64,000 bases of DNA, taken from NCBI GenBank assembly GCA_048938895.1, contig JBHLLU010000009.1, positions 1 through 64,000 of the forward strand, written 5' to 3'. The DNA comes from Promethearchaeota archaeon (GTDB taxonomy: Archaea; Asgardarchaeota; Lokiarchaeia; Sigyniarchaeales; SOKP01). A model generated the notes under the pieces. The model had not been told where the DNA came from, ran no database searches, and saw only the letters and a list, made by a program, of their open reading frames with translations. Made by a program: the position numbers and the translations under genes. Below, one piece after another: positions 49,496 through 59,373 of the stretch; the stretch's first letter is position 1; each line of letters starts with the position of its first letter.

Positions 49496-50017
49496 TTACC
49501 GTATCACTAATACATCACATGGGACATTGGCTACAACATATTTAGCTACTGAGCCTATTACTAGTTCTCTTAATTTAGAGTGGAGCCCGCTATATCCCAT
49601 TACCACAAGGTCAAACTTTTTCTTTTTGACAATTCTTTCTATGTAATGTTCTGGATCTTCCTTGATGATTAAACGTGTTTTTACAGGTACTTGAACTTCA
49701 TCAAAAAATGCTTTTGTTCCATTTAATATATTTTCGCCTATTTCTTCAATCTCCTCATCATCTAAACGTAATATCTCTGAGTTATCTTGTATTAATACCC
49801 CATCGGGTATTGCAGTTGCAGTAATATTATAATAAGCATTAGAAGTATAGGGTGCAGTTAACCCATGAGACGGGGGAGTAACTTTTTCTGCCAAATGTTT
49901 AACAGAATGAAAAATCCTAATTTCACTACCCCATTTTTTATAAAAAGATATTATAACTGCAGTTGCTCTCTTCATGGAAGAATGACCATCTGTAGCTAGT
50001 AGTATTTTCTTATACAT
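49496..50017 (-). CDS. Universal stress protein
   Basis: MYKKILLATDG, DLVVMG..G, IGSVA..V...PCDVLVIR. Confidence 0.9.
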   Translation of the reverse strand: MYKKILLATDGHSSMKRATAVIISFYKKWGSEIRIFHSVKHLAEKVTPPSHGLTAPYTSNAYYNITATAIPDGVLIQDNSEILRLDDEEIEEIGENILNGTKAFFDEVQVPVKTRLIIKEDPEHYIERIVKKKKFDLVVMGYSGLHSKLRELVIGSVAKYVVANVPCDVLVIR

Positions 50018-50278
50018 ATAATCACAATTAGAATTTAGTTGTAATGAATTAGCAAATATGAATTATTAAACTTACTTTCTTTATTTTATAAAAAGCATCT
50101 TTCCGTAATCTTATGTATTCATTAGGAAAAATGAATTTTTTTTTCTTAAATTCAAAGAGTAAATTGCTTGATTAATGAATGAAAACAAGAAATGATATAC
50201 ATTAATGGAACTAATATTTTGGAATAATCATGTTTATTACTGTATTTATTTTATATAAAAAATAATTAAAAAAAACTT

Positions 50279-50704
50279 ATGGGTGATGCTGTTATTTATG
50301 ATAAAATATTAATAGGGGTTGATGAATCAGAGGAATCTAAAAAGGCAACTCAGCGTGTTTTAGAAATTCAAAATGAGTTTGGTGGGAATACAGTTGCATT
50401 TCACTCTGTTTTACATGGTTTTTTAAGTAGAGAATCAGTTAAAGAAGAGCATATGAATGAGGGAAAGAAAATTTTAAATAATGTTGAGAAACTCTTTCAA
50501 GATGCAAATCTTAAGATCGAAACAAGGCTGATAGAAGATGTTCATCCTGAAGTTTTCATAAAAAACGCTGTCGAGAGAGAAAACTTTAATTTAGTTGTTC
50601 TTGGTAATAAGGGTAAGCATAAACTTTTGAGTGGTTCGGTAATGGGTTCTATCCCTACTAAGGTAATGGATAGTGTTTTATGTGATGTGCTAATTGTGCG
50701 ATAG
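50279..50704 (+). CDS. Universal stress protein
   Basis: YDKILIGVDES, LVVLGNKG, MGSIP..V...CDVLIVR. Confidence 0.9.
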   Translation: MGDAVIYDKILIGVDESEESKKATQRVLEIQNEFGGNTVAFHSVLHGFLSRESVKEEHMNEGKKILNNVEKLFQDANLKIETRLIEDVHPEVFIKNAVERENFNLVVLGNKGKHKLLSGSVMGSIPTKVMDSVLCDVLIVR

Positions 50705-50720
50705 ATTTTTCTGCTTAAAA
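50643..50720 (+). repeat. Direct repeat A, copy 1 (USP 3' end plus downstream sequence)
   Basis: 78 bp, 76/78 identical to 52299..52376. Confidence 0.9.
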
Positions 50721-50804
50721 GCTATTTGAATAAACGCTTAGGTTCTCAAGCTTTTGATCAATAAATAGTAAGGATATTTATATGATTGAAGCTTAAAAAT
50801 ATAT

Positions 50805-51227
50805 ATGGATAATTATTGTTCTAAATGTGGAACAAGCTTAAAACCAGAATGGAAAGCATGTCCTAATTGTGGAAACACCATTCTTGAAAAGAAAAATCCA
50901 TTCCAGGAAAGTAAGGTTTCTACTCTAATAAATAACGTGAATCCATATCATATAGTCAGTGCCTCAAAACTTCAAAAATCTAGAAAAAAAAAATATGGGG
51001 AGATCTACGGATTTTTTGCATTAATATTTGCTCTAGTAGGTCTCTTTTTTGGGTATCCCATAGGGATTGTAGCAATAATCATTGGTGCACTTGGAATTAA
51101 TAAGGTAGATCTCACGTATATGTCATATAGTGGGATATTTATTGGAATTGTTGATTTGATTTGTTTTTTTATAGCATCTTCTGTATCGTATTTTTCTATT
51201 TGGGGTATTTTTGGTTTAATATGGTAA
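50805..51227 (+). CDS. Zinc-ribbon + DUF4190-like membrane protein
   Basis: CSKCG..W..CPNCG and TM helices. Paralog of 46709..47182. Confidence 0.75.
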   Translation: MDNYCSKCGTSLKPEWKACPNCGNTILEKKNPFQESKVSTLINNVNPYHIVSASKLQKSRKKKYGEIYGFFALIFALVGLFFGYPIGIVAIIIGALGINKVDLTYMSYSGIFIGIVDLICFFIASSVSYFSIWGIFGLIW

Positions 51228-51440
51228 GTTGAGGTATAACTACTGACCAATCAAAAAACAAAAGAATTTTTTTGCCATTCTTTCTCTAACACATTCATAT
51301 CTAATGTAATAATTATCTATAAGACATTAAATAAATTTTAAATAAAATATAAGCATAGTTAGTCATAATAAATTTTTAATTTTAAAATCTTTTAGACAAA
51401 AATCAAGCACGCAATTAATTCTAAAGAAAAGGTAATTAAT

Positions 51441-52193
51441 TTGAGTAATGTAACCATTGTAAAAAACGATTTATTTTCCCTAATGGAGAATAAGAAAGCT
51501 AAGAAATTAGCAAAAACCTTAGGAAAAATGATAACTCTTCCTGATATTCCCTTAAATGAAATTTATGACATGATTGGGGAATTATTAATCAAAGATTCTG
51601 AATATTTTATGGAAAATGTCTACCCGCTTTTACTAAAATCACTCAAGAGGATTGATAGTTCCCAGATGACAGAAATGGATATATACATCCTCAGGAATTT
51701 TTGCTTTTTGGAGGAAGAGGAAATAGTTGCTACATTTTTTGGATCGATATTAGAAAGTAAGGTTACGTCAACAGGTCGAATTTATTTAACAAATTATCGA
51801 CTAATATTAAGTGGGACGCAGGAAGTACGTTCAGCACAGTCTAAAATGGTTGGCCCTGGAAGACCAGGTTTGATTGGAATGGCATTTAGGGCCGGTATTA
51901 CACGTCATCGTAAAGCAGTACGTAGAGCTATTACAAAAGCTCTTCGAAAGGATATCGAATCACTAAACCTTGTCGAATGGGGTTATTATTTTCCAATACA
52001 TGAAGCATATGATATTCAAATAGTTAAAAATGGGATTTCTTATTCCGTTACTGTCGAAACGGAAAAAAAACCAATGATAATGTCAATGTCAATAGTCCCA
52101 TTAAGAATTAAATCAAAGTCTACTGAAGAATTTCTATTAGAGAAGGAACAATTGCAATCTCAAATACAAGACTTATTACTGAAATATAAATAA
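51441..52193 (+). CDS. GRAM/PH-like domain protein
   Basis: EEEIV..F......GRIYLTNYRLIL is the typical GRAM/PH-like strand motif. Confidence 0.55.
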   Translation: MSNVTIVKNDLFSLMENKKAKKLAKTLGKMITLPDIPLNEIYDMIGELLIKDSEYFMENVYPLLLKSLKRIDSSQMTEMDIYILRNFCFLEEEEIVATFFGSILESKVTSTGRIYLTNYRLILSGTQEVRSAQSKMVGPGRPGLIGMAFRAGITRHRKAVRRAITKALRKDIESLNLVEWGYYFPIHEAYDIQIVKNGISYSVTVETEKKPMIMSMSIVPLRIKSKSTEEFLLEKEQLQSQIQDLLLKYK

Positions 52194-52211
52194 TTTTTTT
52201 TTTTTTTTTTT
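52194..52211 (+). terminator. Oligo-T (T18) archaeal-type terminator
   Basis: Unbroken T run immediately after the stop codon of 51441..52193. Confidence 0.55.
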
Positions 52212-52260
52212 ATTTTTTAACAAATGGTTCGATCCAATATTTGGTCAATAAAAAATTGTT

Positions 52261-52296
52261 TATAGTCTTTTACTTGGAAATCCATATTTACAAAAA
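52261..52296 (+). repeat. Direct repeat B, copy 1
   Basis: 36 bp TATAGTcTTTTAcTTGGAAATCCATATTTACAAAAA, 34/36 identical to 53782..53817. Confidence 0.85.
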
Positions 52297-52298
52297 TT

Positions 52299-52376
52299 TG
52301 GGATCTATCCCTACTAAGGTAATGGATAGTGTTTTATGTGATGTGCTAATTCTGCGATAGATTTTTCTGCTTAAAA
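52299..52376 (+). repeat. Direct repeat A, copy 2 (orphan USP 3'-end fragment)
   Basis: Encodes GSIPTKVMDSVLCDVLILR-stop without the rest of the gene. Confidence 0.9.
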
Positions 52377-52392
52377 TTTTTGTTTAGCAAAA

Positions 52393-53535
52393 TTATGTAT
52401 TTATGTGGATTAATTTTGCGGGGGGGAATCCATTGAAATTTGTTGCGGAAGCATTAGTATAAGCACCGACATTTTCAGAATAGAGTAGATCTTCTATATC
52501 TAAATCAGGTAATTGTTCATTAAGCGAAATCTTATCTAAGGCATCACATGTTGGGCCTACAACAGCAGATTCTTTCGGTAAACCTTCTTTAAAAGCTTTA
52601 AAATGATATTGGACATGGTCGAAAATAACTCCTGAAAAGGTATTATAGATACCATCATTAACATAATAATATACTTTGTTGTTTCTCATAGCTTTACCGT
52701 TAATTTCGACAATAGCAATTGCAGTGGTGGCAACAAAAAAGCGACCGGGTTCTGCTATTATTTTCATCTTGGCAATATCAAAATATTCAGAGATGTTTTC
52801 ATTAATTACCTCTGCTAAAGATTCAAATGAGGGAACATTTTCATCATAAGGAACAGGAAATCCCCCACCTATATCTAAAAAAGTTAATTCTTGTCCAATA
52901 TCCTTAGCTTGTTCGAATATATTATGAGCAATTTGAATAGCTTTAAGATAATTATCAATATTACTACATTGACTACCAACATGAAAGCTAACTCCTTCTA
53001 CATCAAATCCCACCCTTTTAGCATAACTTATTAAGTCTAAACAAATCTTAGGATTAGCTCCAAATTTAGTTGAGAGTTCCACAACTGAACCAGTATTAGG
53101 AACATCCACTCTTAAAATCAAACGACTGTTTTTACAGTATTTAGCAATCTTATCAATTTCTACATAATTGTCAAATGTCATACGGATAGAATATTCATCA
53201 AGTTTTTTTAATGATTCAATTCTTTTTACAGGATTTGCATAAATTACGTTTTCATTAATAAATGCTTTTTTCTCCTCATGGTTTCCCTTAATGGTATTAT
53301 AAACAATCATAAATTCTTCCCACGATGCAACATCAAATCCACAACCTTCATTATACAATGTTTCTACAATTTTTGACTCGGGATTAGCTTTAATTGCGTA
53401 AAAAGGTTTAATATAGGATAGATTCTTACAGAATTTTCTGTAATTCATTTTAATTAAATTATGATCAATTACAATCAAGGGAGTACCATGCATATTTACA
53501 AGGTTTAGTAAAGTTGATTTATCAGTCATTTTCAT
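52393..53535 (-). CDS. Ornithine/lysine decarboxylase, fold type III PLP enzyme
   Basis: PFYAIKANP, FDVAS, KFGA, FHVGSQ, DIGGGF, EPGRF, GPTCD, GAYT..FNGF. Confidence 0.9.
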   Translation of the reverse strand: MKMTDKSTLLNLVNMHGTPLIVIDHNLIKMNYRKFCKNLSYIKPFYAIKANPESKIVETLYNEGCGFDVASWEEFMIVYNTIKGNHEEKKAFINENVIYANPVKRIESLKKLDEYSIRMTFDNYVEIDKIAKYCKNSRLILRVDVPNTGSVVELSTKFGANPKICLDLISYAKRVGFDVEGVSFHVGSQCSNIDNYLKAIQIAHNIFEQAKDIGQELTFLDIGGGFPVPYDENVPSFESLAEVINENISEYFDIAKMKIIAEPGRFFVATTAIAIVEINGKAMRNNKVYYYVNDGIYNTFSGVIFDHVQYHFKAFKEGLPKESAVVGPTCDALDKISLNEQLPDLDIEDLLYSENVGAYTNASATNFNGFPPAKLIHINT

Positions 53536-53781
53536 ACTGAATTTTCATTTTCAATTTTGATTTAAATAAGGATGCATGATTAAAATCTTTTTAATAATTT
53601 TAACTTCTAAACTAAATTTCTTTTAAGCAGTTCTTAACTAATATTTTAGGGATGTCTTTTCTCCTACAGTAAAAATTCCTTAAGAGTTCAAGTGCTCTTT
53701 GGAATGATAACTATAAAATTAGATCATATGTTTAGCTAACAAAAGATTAAACATTTTTAAAAACATTTATAAATATTTTAA

Positions 53782-53817
53782 TATAGTTTTTTATTTGGAA
53801 ATCCATATTTACAAAAA
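53782..53817 (+). repeat. Direct repeat B, copy 2 (upstream region of the solute-binding protein gene)
   Basis: Matches 52261..52296 and ends 14 nt before ATG 53832. Confidence 0.85.
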
Positions 53818-53831
53818 AGAGTAGAGATTTA

Positions 53832-56585
53832 ATGAGAAAGTCTTTAAAAGTAATTGTTTTTTTTTTCTTACTTATATCCATAATTAACCCTATTCTACTT
53901 ATTAGAGTAGCAAATGTTCTGTCTGATGAGGAACAGATGTCAAGCCCTTCAATTATAGAACCTGCTGCACCAAGTATTTTTGTTGTAGGTGCTTGTGGGC
54001 CACGCAACATAGCACACTGGGATCCATGTACTTATGTAACCAGTACGGGAGATTATTATTTGGATAATGCTCTTGAATGCTTATTTGCATTTCCATATAA
54101 CACAACAGGCGACCTTGATGAATTACAACCAGTACTTGCAACCAGTTGGACGTATGAATATAGGCCAAATGAAATGAATGTTGATGGTTTTGTAAATTAT
54201 GACGGAATTAAGTCAATGGAGATAACGCTTAGAGCTGGTGTTCAATTCCACGATGGTTCAGATTGGAATGCAACAGTATGCAAATGGAATATTGATAGAC
54301 TTATGACAATTTTGGGAAATATCAGTGGTGTTCTGACATACATTGATGCGAATATACATTCTGCACAAGATAATTATTGGTTGCAAGTAGATGATTGGGC
54401 TGAATTTGAAACCGCCAGTTGGAATGTTACACAGTTTAATGGAATCCCTTCCAGCTATGCAGAATATGGGATTTCTGGAGATTTAATCAGTCGCTTTCCT
54501 CGCTTTGCAAATGTAACAATTATAGAAGATTTACCATCAGGAGGAAAAGTCAAAATCTATTTTAATGATTGGCGTACTGGTCCACACTATCTCAAGGGAA
54601 TAGAGATGATCTCAATGTACAGTTATGTAGATTATTTTGATACTATTATCAAAGGTTATGGTGATGATCCCGCTTTTCCACAAGATAATCCTGCAGTTTT
54701 TCCTGGACACTTAATAGGTACTGGTCCTTATATTTTTAATGAACATGTAATGGATGTTGGTACAATGACAAGATTTGATAACTGGTGGAATGCCACTGCT
54801 CAACAGGCTGAGGGTTTTCATAGTGTTCCAGAAGTTGCTTTGGCTACATTTGCCCACACAGAAGCAGGATATCAAGCTAGAAGTACTGCTATGGTTACTG
54901 GGGATGTTCACTTCGCTTATGATCGAGCATGGGAACCCCTTAATTATGATGATATGATTGCAGCTCCAAATGTAAACTATATACCTCTGGGAGTTGAAAG
55001 TTACGGAGAGAATATCATTTTAAATTGCATAAATGAAACAATTATGAAAAGTTTTTATGCTGATCTAGGTATAGATATGAGTCCCTACTACGCACCTTTC
55101 CAAGCGTCATTCATAGCTTCAGGAATTATGAATTCGGATGGTACAATAAACGTGCATGGGGTGAATCGAGCGTTTAGGAAAGCGATTTCTTATGCGTTTG
55201 ATTATGATACATATATTCATGTTGCCTTCAATGATCGGGTGGTACGTTCGGGAGGACTTCTTGGAAAAGTGAATCCGTATTATAATAGCTCCATATCGAT
55301 TGCTACTCAAGATCTCACTATAGCACGTCAAACCCTTTTAGATGATCCATTTTGGGGACCAAAATGTGCTGCTAGAGGCCTTGATATAAGTAGTGCAACA
55401 AGTGAATGGAATGCAGTAGCGGATATCAATCCTATTTATACTATGGAGTATAGTTGGGATCAAGCCCATTTAGAAGCATATAGTGTATTGACAGCAAGCC
55501 TTAGAGATATTGGATGTAGTATAGATGGTTGGGAAGATATACCTGATACATACTCTAAAATGACTGCATATTTTACTTTTCCTTGGTTCACAACCGATGG
55601 TTTTGCCATGAAATTTTATTATCCCCCAATAGAGGTTCTTCCTTACATTGAAGCCTATTATAAGAGTCCCTCTGGATCTATACCACTCTGGCCATATAAT
55701 CAATTTTACAATATGGGCTTTAACTATAATTCAACGTGCGATGATTTAATTGAAAGACTAAAATTTCAAAACAGTACTGGAATACAGGATTTATACAATA
55801 AACTAGCTCATTGGGTTCAGAACTATCAATATCCATGTATATATTTAGCAAACGATTTGATTGGGTATGCCATTAATGAGGATTTTGAATATACCTGGTA
55901 CTGGGAGACCTTCAAGTATAATTTAGTTAAAGCTGCTCCAAATCTATTGCCAGAGGCTGATTTTATAGTTGATACTACAAATATCATAGAAGGTGAATCA
56001 GTGAACTTTACATTTACTGGTAGTGAAGGAGATCCTTCAGCAACATATCAATGGGATTTTGGGGATGGATATTATTCTGCAAATCAGAATCCAACTCACC
56101 AGTATACTACAGCGGGAATCTATACTGTCAGCTTATATATTATAGATGCTAATGGTGATTCTGATAATGAGACAAAGGTAGATTTTATAACCGTAGATCC
56201 AGATTTGGTTCCGCATTCTAATTTTACTACTGATACCACAACAATTGTAAAAAATGAATGGATAGAATTTGAATTTACTGGAACTATAGGGAATTCTCCA
56301 GCGACTTTTCTTTGGAATTTTGGGGATGGCTTAACTTCTACAATTCAGAATCCAACTCACCAATATACGACAGTAGGAACTTTTAGTGTTAGTTTAATTG
56401 TAATTGATAAGAATGGGGATTTAGATACAGAAACTAAAACAGATTATATTATTGTTGAAGAAACTCCGTCTGATGTGGAAATATTTGGATATGAGACAAA
56501 TCTCATCATTGGAATTATTGCCATAACAATTGCTGTAATAATCCTTAAAAAACCCAAGTTTAAAACCAAATTAAAAGGAAGATAA
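53832..56585 (+). CDS. Family 5 ABC solute-binding protein with two PKD domains and a C-terminal membrane anchor
   Basis: LECLF..PVLATSW, LRAGVQFHDGS..NA, GTGPY, RKAISYAFD. Two WxFGDG..QNPTHQY PKD repeats. IFGY-TM-KK tail. Confidence 0.85.
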   Translation: MRKSLKVIVFFFLLISIINPILLIRVANVLSDEEQMSSPSIIEPAAPSIFVVGACGPRNIAHWDPCTYVTSTGDYYLDNALECLFAFPYNTTGDLDELQPVLATSWTYEYRPNEMNVDGFVNYDGIKSMEITLRAGVQFHDGSDWNATVCKWNIDRLMTILGNISGVLTYIDANIHSAQDNYWLQVDDWAEFETASWNVTQFNGIPSSYAEYGISGDLISRFPRFANVTIIEDLPSGGKVKIYFNDWRTGPHYLKGIEMISMYSYVDYFDTIIKGYGDDPAFPQDNPAVFPGHLIGTGPYIFNEHVMDVGTMTRFDNWWNATAQQAEGFHSVPEVALATFAHTEAGYQARSTAMVTGDVHFAYDRAWEPLNYDDMIAAPNVNYIPLGVESYGENIILNCINETIMKSFYADLGIDMSPYYAPFQASFIASGIMNSDGTINVHGVNRAFRKAISYAFDYDTYIHVAFNDRVVRSGGLLGKVNPYYNSSISIATQDLTIARQTLLDDPFWGPKCAARGLDISSATSEWNAVADINPIYTMEYSWDQAHLEAYSVLTASLRDIGCSIDGWEDIPDTYSKMTAYFTFPWFTTDGFAMKFYYPPIEVLPYIEAYYKSPSGSIPLWPYNQFYNMGFNYNSTCDDLIERLKFQNSTGIQDLYNKLAHWVQNYQYPCIYLANDLIGYAINEDFEYTWYWETFKYNLVKAAPNLLPEADFIVDTTNIIEGESVNFTFTGSEGDPSATYQWDFGDGYYSANQNPTHQYTTAGIYTVSLYIIDANGDSDNETKVDFITVDPDLVPHSNFTTDTTTIVKNEWIEFEFTGTIGNSPATFLWNFGDGLTSTIQNPTHQYTTVGTFSVSLIVIDKNGDLDTETKTDYIIVEETPSDVEIFGYETNLIIGIIAITIAVIILKKPKFKTKLKGR

Positions 56586-56613
56586 TAAATCTTCTATATA
56601 TTTTTTTTTCTTA

Positions 56614-58011
56614 CTATAATTTGCATAGTTCCAAAATTCTTCCCCAACAGGGATACAACTCAGGAATTAATAATTGATTGCGTCTAACAATATATTCTTT
56701 ATCTCCTCCTTGTTCCAATATTTCTACGAATCGAGAACCTTCTAAATTTAGATTCCATAATGGGATAACTTTTTCAGTTTTATTAAAGCTGCTATTTATA
56801 ATTATCAATAGGGTCTGTTTAGTAGAACGTCTAAAATATGCTATAACGTTTTTATCTGCAAAAACAGGTGTTAGGTCGCCATGTGTTAATGCATGATTAT
56901 TTTTTCTTATCTCTATAAAGTTTTGGATGTTTCTAAAGATATCGCTACTCATTGAAGGCCATCCATCATAAGAGCTTGGCATCGGCTGCCTTACATCATC
57001 ATCAGAGTACTTTGTTTTTATTCCCCTAAGGCCTATTTCATCACCATAATAAATTTTAGGAATTCCATTAGCAGTAAGAAGGAACATAAATGCAGGAAAA
57101 ATATATCTGTCATCCTTGAGAACAGAGCGAATCCTCGTACAATCATGATTTCCTAAAAAATTTAAAAAAGTTATGTCTTTAAATAAACCCCATTTAGGAT
57201 GAAATGATCTCTCTAAAACCGCTTTCAGCTCATATATATTATTAGAATTTATCGCACTCCAAATGGATTTATAAACATGATATCCAGTCCCCGCATCTAA
57301 TAATTCTGGTCCCACCCATTTATTATAAGGTTCACGAATCAATTCTCCAACTAAAAGGCAATCAGGTTTGGCTTTTTTGCAAACTTGTCTAAATTCCCGC
57401 CAAAAACTAGCATGTATTAAATAAGCTACGTCTAAACGCCAACCATCTATTCCAATTTCTTCTAACCAATATCTACAAACAGAAAAAATATATTCTCGTA
57501 CATCTTTTTCGGTTAGGTTTAACTTTACAAGTCCATAATGTCCTTCCCAATTTTTGTAGTCAAAACCATCATTATATGGATTATTTCTTGAGAAATCAAT
57601 AAAGTGCCAATGTTTTCGCCAAGATTTTTCCCGGTAGATTTGTATATCTTTGAATGATTCAAATTCCCTGCCGACATGGTTAAAAACGCCATCAATAATA
57701 ACTCTAATATTCATATTGTGTAGTTCAGTAATAATTTGTTTAAACAAATCATTGTTTCCTAAACGATGGTCTATTTTCATGTAATCTTTTGTATCATATC
57801 CATGCGAAACGGATTCAAATAATGGTCCAAACTGAATCACATTAACTCCTAAATTCTTGAAATGATCATAGAAATTTCTAATTTCCGCTAAACGATCAAC
57901 CTGCCCATTTTCAGCCGTATTATATTTAGGAGCTCCAAAAAAGCCTAATGGATATATATGATATAGGATTGCTGTCTTTGCCCATTCAGGGATATAATCA
58001 ATTTGTTCCAT
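56614..58011 (-). CDS. GH13 alpha-amylase family (cyclomaltodextrinase/neopullulanase-like)
   Basis: HGYDT, DGVFNH, GIDGWRLDVA, GE, NHD, YYGDE. Confidence 0.9.
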   Translation of the reverse strand: MEQIDYIPEWAKTAILYHIYPLGFFGAPKYNTAENGQVDRLAEIRNFYDHFKNLGVNVIQFGPLFESVSHGYDTKDYMKIDHRLGNNDLFKQIITELHNMNIRVIIDGVFNHVGREFESFKDIQIYREKSWRKHWHFIDFSRNNPYNDGFDYKNWEGHYGLVKLNLTEKDVREYIFSVCRYWLEEIGIDGWRLDVAYLIHASFWREFRQVCKKAKPDCLLVGELIREPYNKWVGPELLDAGTGYHVYKSIWSAINSNNIYELKAVLERSFHPKWGLFKDITFLNFLGNHDCTRIRSVLKDDRYIFPAFMFLLTANGIPKIYYGDEIGLRGIKTKYSDDDVRQPMPSSYDGWPSMSSDIFRNIQNFIEIRKNNHALTHGDLTPVFADKNVIAYFRRSTKQTLLIIINSSFNKTEKVIPLWNLNLEGSRFVEILEQGGDKEYIVRRNQLLIPELYPCWGRILELCKL

Positions 58012-58140
58012 TGATGAATAAAATAGTCCCTAGTTAATCTATTTTGTTTTAATTGGGAAAAGAATCAAAATCTATTTTTTTACAAAACCTTTAAGGTTGT
58101 GCTATTTAGATTCTTGCTTTCAAGAAGATAAGTTAGGTTT

Positions 58141-58656
58141 TTATCTGATTACCATCACATCACAAGGAGCATTCTTCACTACAGCTTCAGCTACAGAACC
58201 TAAAAATACTTGGCTAAGCTTTGAATGAACCCCTTTAATACCAATAACAATGAGATCATATTTCTTTGCAACTTTTTGAATATAATCTTCAGGGTTATCA
58301 TTTTTTACCAACTTTATTTTCGCTGGGACTTGAACTTCATCAAATATTGCTTTTTTTTCCGTTAAAATATTCTGCGCTATTGTAAAAACCTCAGAGAAGC
58401 TTAATCTTTGTATTTCAGGCTCATCTACTCCTTTTATTAACATCGGTTGACTGATAACCCTACCAGTAAGATATGAATTAGCATCATAGGGAATAGTCAA
58501 GTTAGGAGAAGTTGGGGAAACTTTTTTTAGCATATGCTTGATTGAATGAAAGATAACAATTTTACTCCCCCATTTTTTATGAAAACCAATAATAATTGGC
58601 GCAGCTCGGTTTATATGCTTGCTCCCATCAGTGGCTATTAGAATTTTCTTATACAT
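58141..58656 (-). CDS. Universal stress protein (paralog of 49496..50017)
   Basis: MYKKILIATDG start at 58656, LGSVAEAVVKNAPCDVMVIR. Confidence 0.88.
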   Translation of the reverse strand: MYKKILIATDGSKHINRAAPIIIGFHKKWGSKIVIFHSIKHMLKKVSPTSPNLTIPYDANSYLTGRVISQPMLIKGVDEPEIQRLSFSEVFTIAQNILTEKKAIFDEVQVPAKIKLVKNDNPEDYIQKVAKKYDLIVIGIKGVHSKLSQVFLGSVAEAVVKNAPCDVMVIR

Positions 58657-58869
58657 AAGATTTCTCTCAAGGCTATCTTTTATAAAAACTAGCAAGTGTT
58701 AACTTTTAAATTTACTTTCTTTAATTTATAATATTAGAACCAGTTATTCCAATTAACATCAAAAGTTCAATTATAATAAAAGATTTATATTTTTTTATAA
58801 TCACCTTTATCTACTATTCTGGGTTTTTTATATAGATACAAGTTGTAATTAATTGGAGGTGTTAAACCT

Positions 58870-59274
58870 ATATTTAACAAGATCTTAATTGGAATTGATG
58901 AGTCAGAAGGATCGATAAAAGCAGCTAAAAAAGTGATTGAAATTCAAAAAGGTTCTGAAGGTAAAGTAATAGCATTTCACTCAACTGAGCATCGAAAATC
59001 AGATTCAGATGCTAAAGATAATGAAGAACACAGTAAAAAAGTCTTTTCTGAGGTAGAAAAATTGTTAAAAGAAGCAAACATTTTATTTGAAAAAAGGCTT
59101 ATCACTGATATTAACGCAGAGGATTATATAAAAGACATTGTTGAAAAGGAGAATATTAGTCTTGTCGTCCTCGGTTATAGTGGGAAGCATGGAATTCTAA
59201 AAAGGAGAATACTAGGTTCCATTCCAACCCAAGTCATGAACAATGTATTATGTAATTTACTGATTGTAAAATAA
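58870..59274 (+). CDS. Universal stress protein (paralog of 50279..50704); probable ATA start at 58870
   Basis: In-frame FNKILIGIDES lies upstream of the track GTG (58933). SD GGAGGT at 58855-58860; in-frame stop at 58846. Confidence 0.8.
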   Translation: MFNKILIGIDESEGSIKAAKKVIEIQKGSEGKVIAFHSTEHRKSDSDAKDNEEHSKKVFSEVEKLLKEANILFEKRLITDINAEDYIKDIVEKENISLVVLGYSGKHGILKRRILGSIPTQVMNNVLCNLLIVK

Positions 59275-59373
59275 ATTAATTGAAAACAAACTCTAAAAAA
59301 ATATCCAATTATATTTTATTTTACCTTACATTCTCTAAATTATTTACGAGCATAATGGTTCGAGAATTAAGGA

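Noticed and set aside
50643-53817. IS element, integron or CRISPR explanation for the direct repeats
   Set aside because: There is no transposase or integrase, no terminal inverted repeats or attC-like palindromes, and only two copies of each repeat without regular spacing.
480-56896. Numerous 60-111 aa ORFs overlapping long genes (e.g. 3816, 4682, 14334, 15654, 18052, 36286, 41539, 53747)
   Set aside because: They lie antisense or out of frame within well-supported CDS and show no recognisable motifs.
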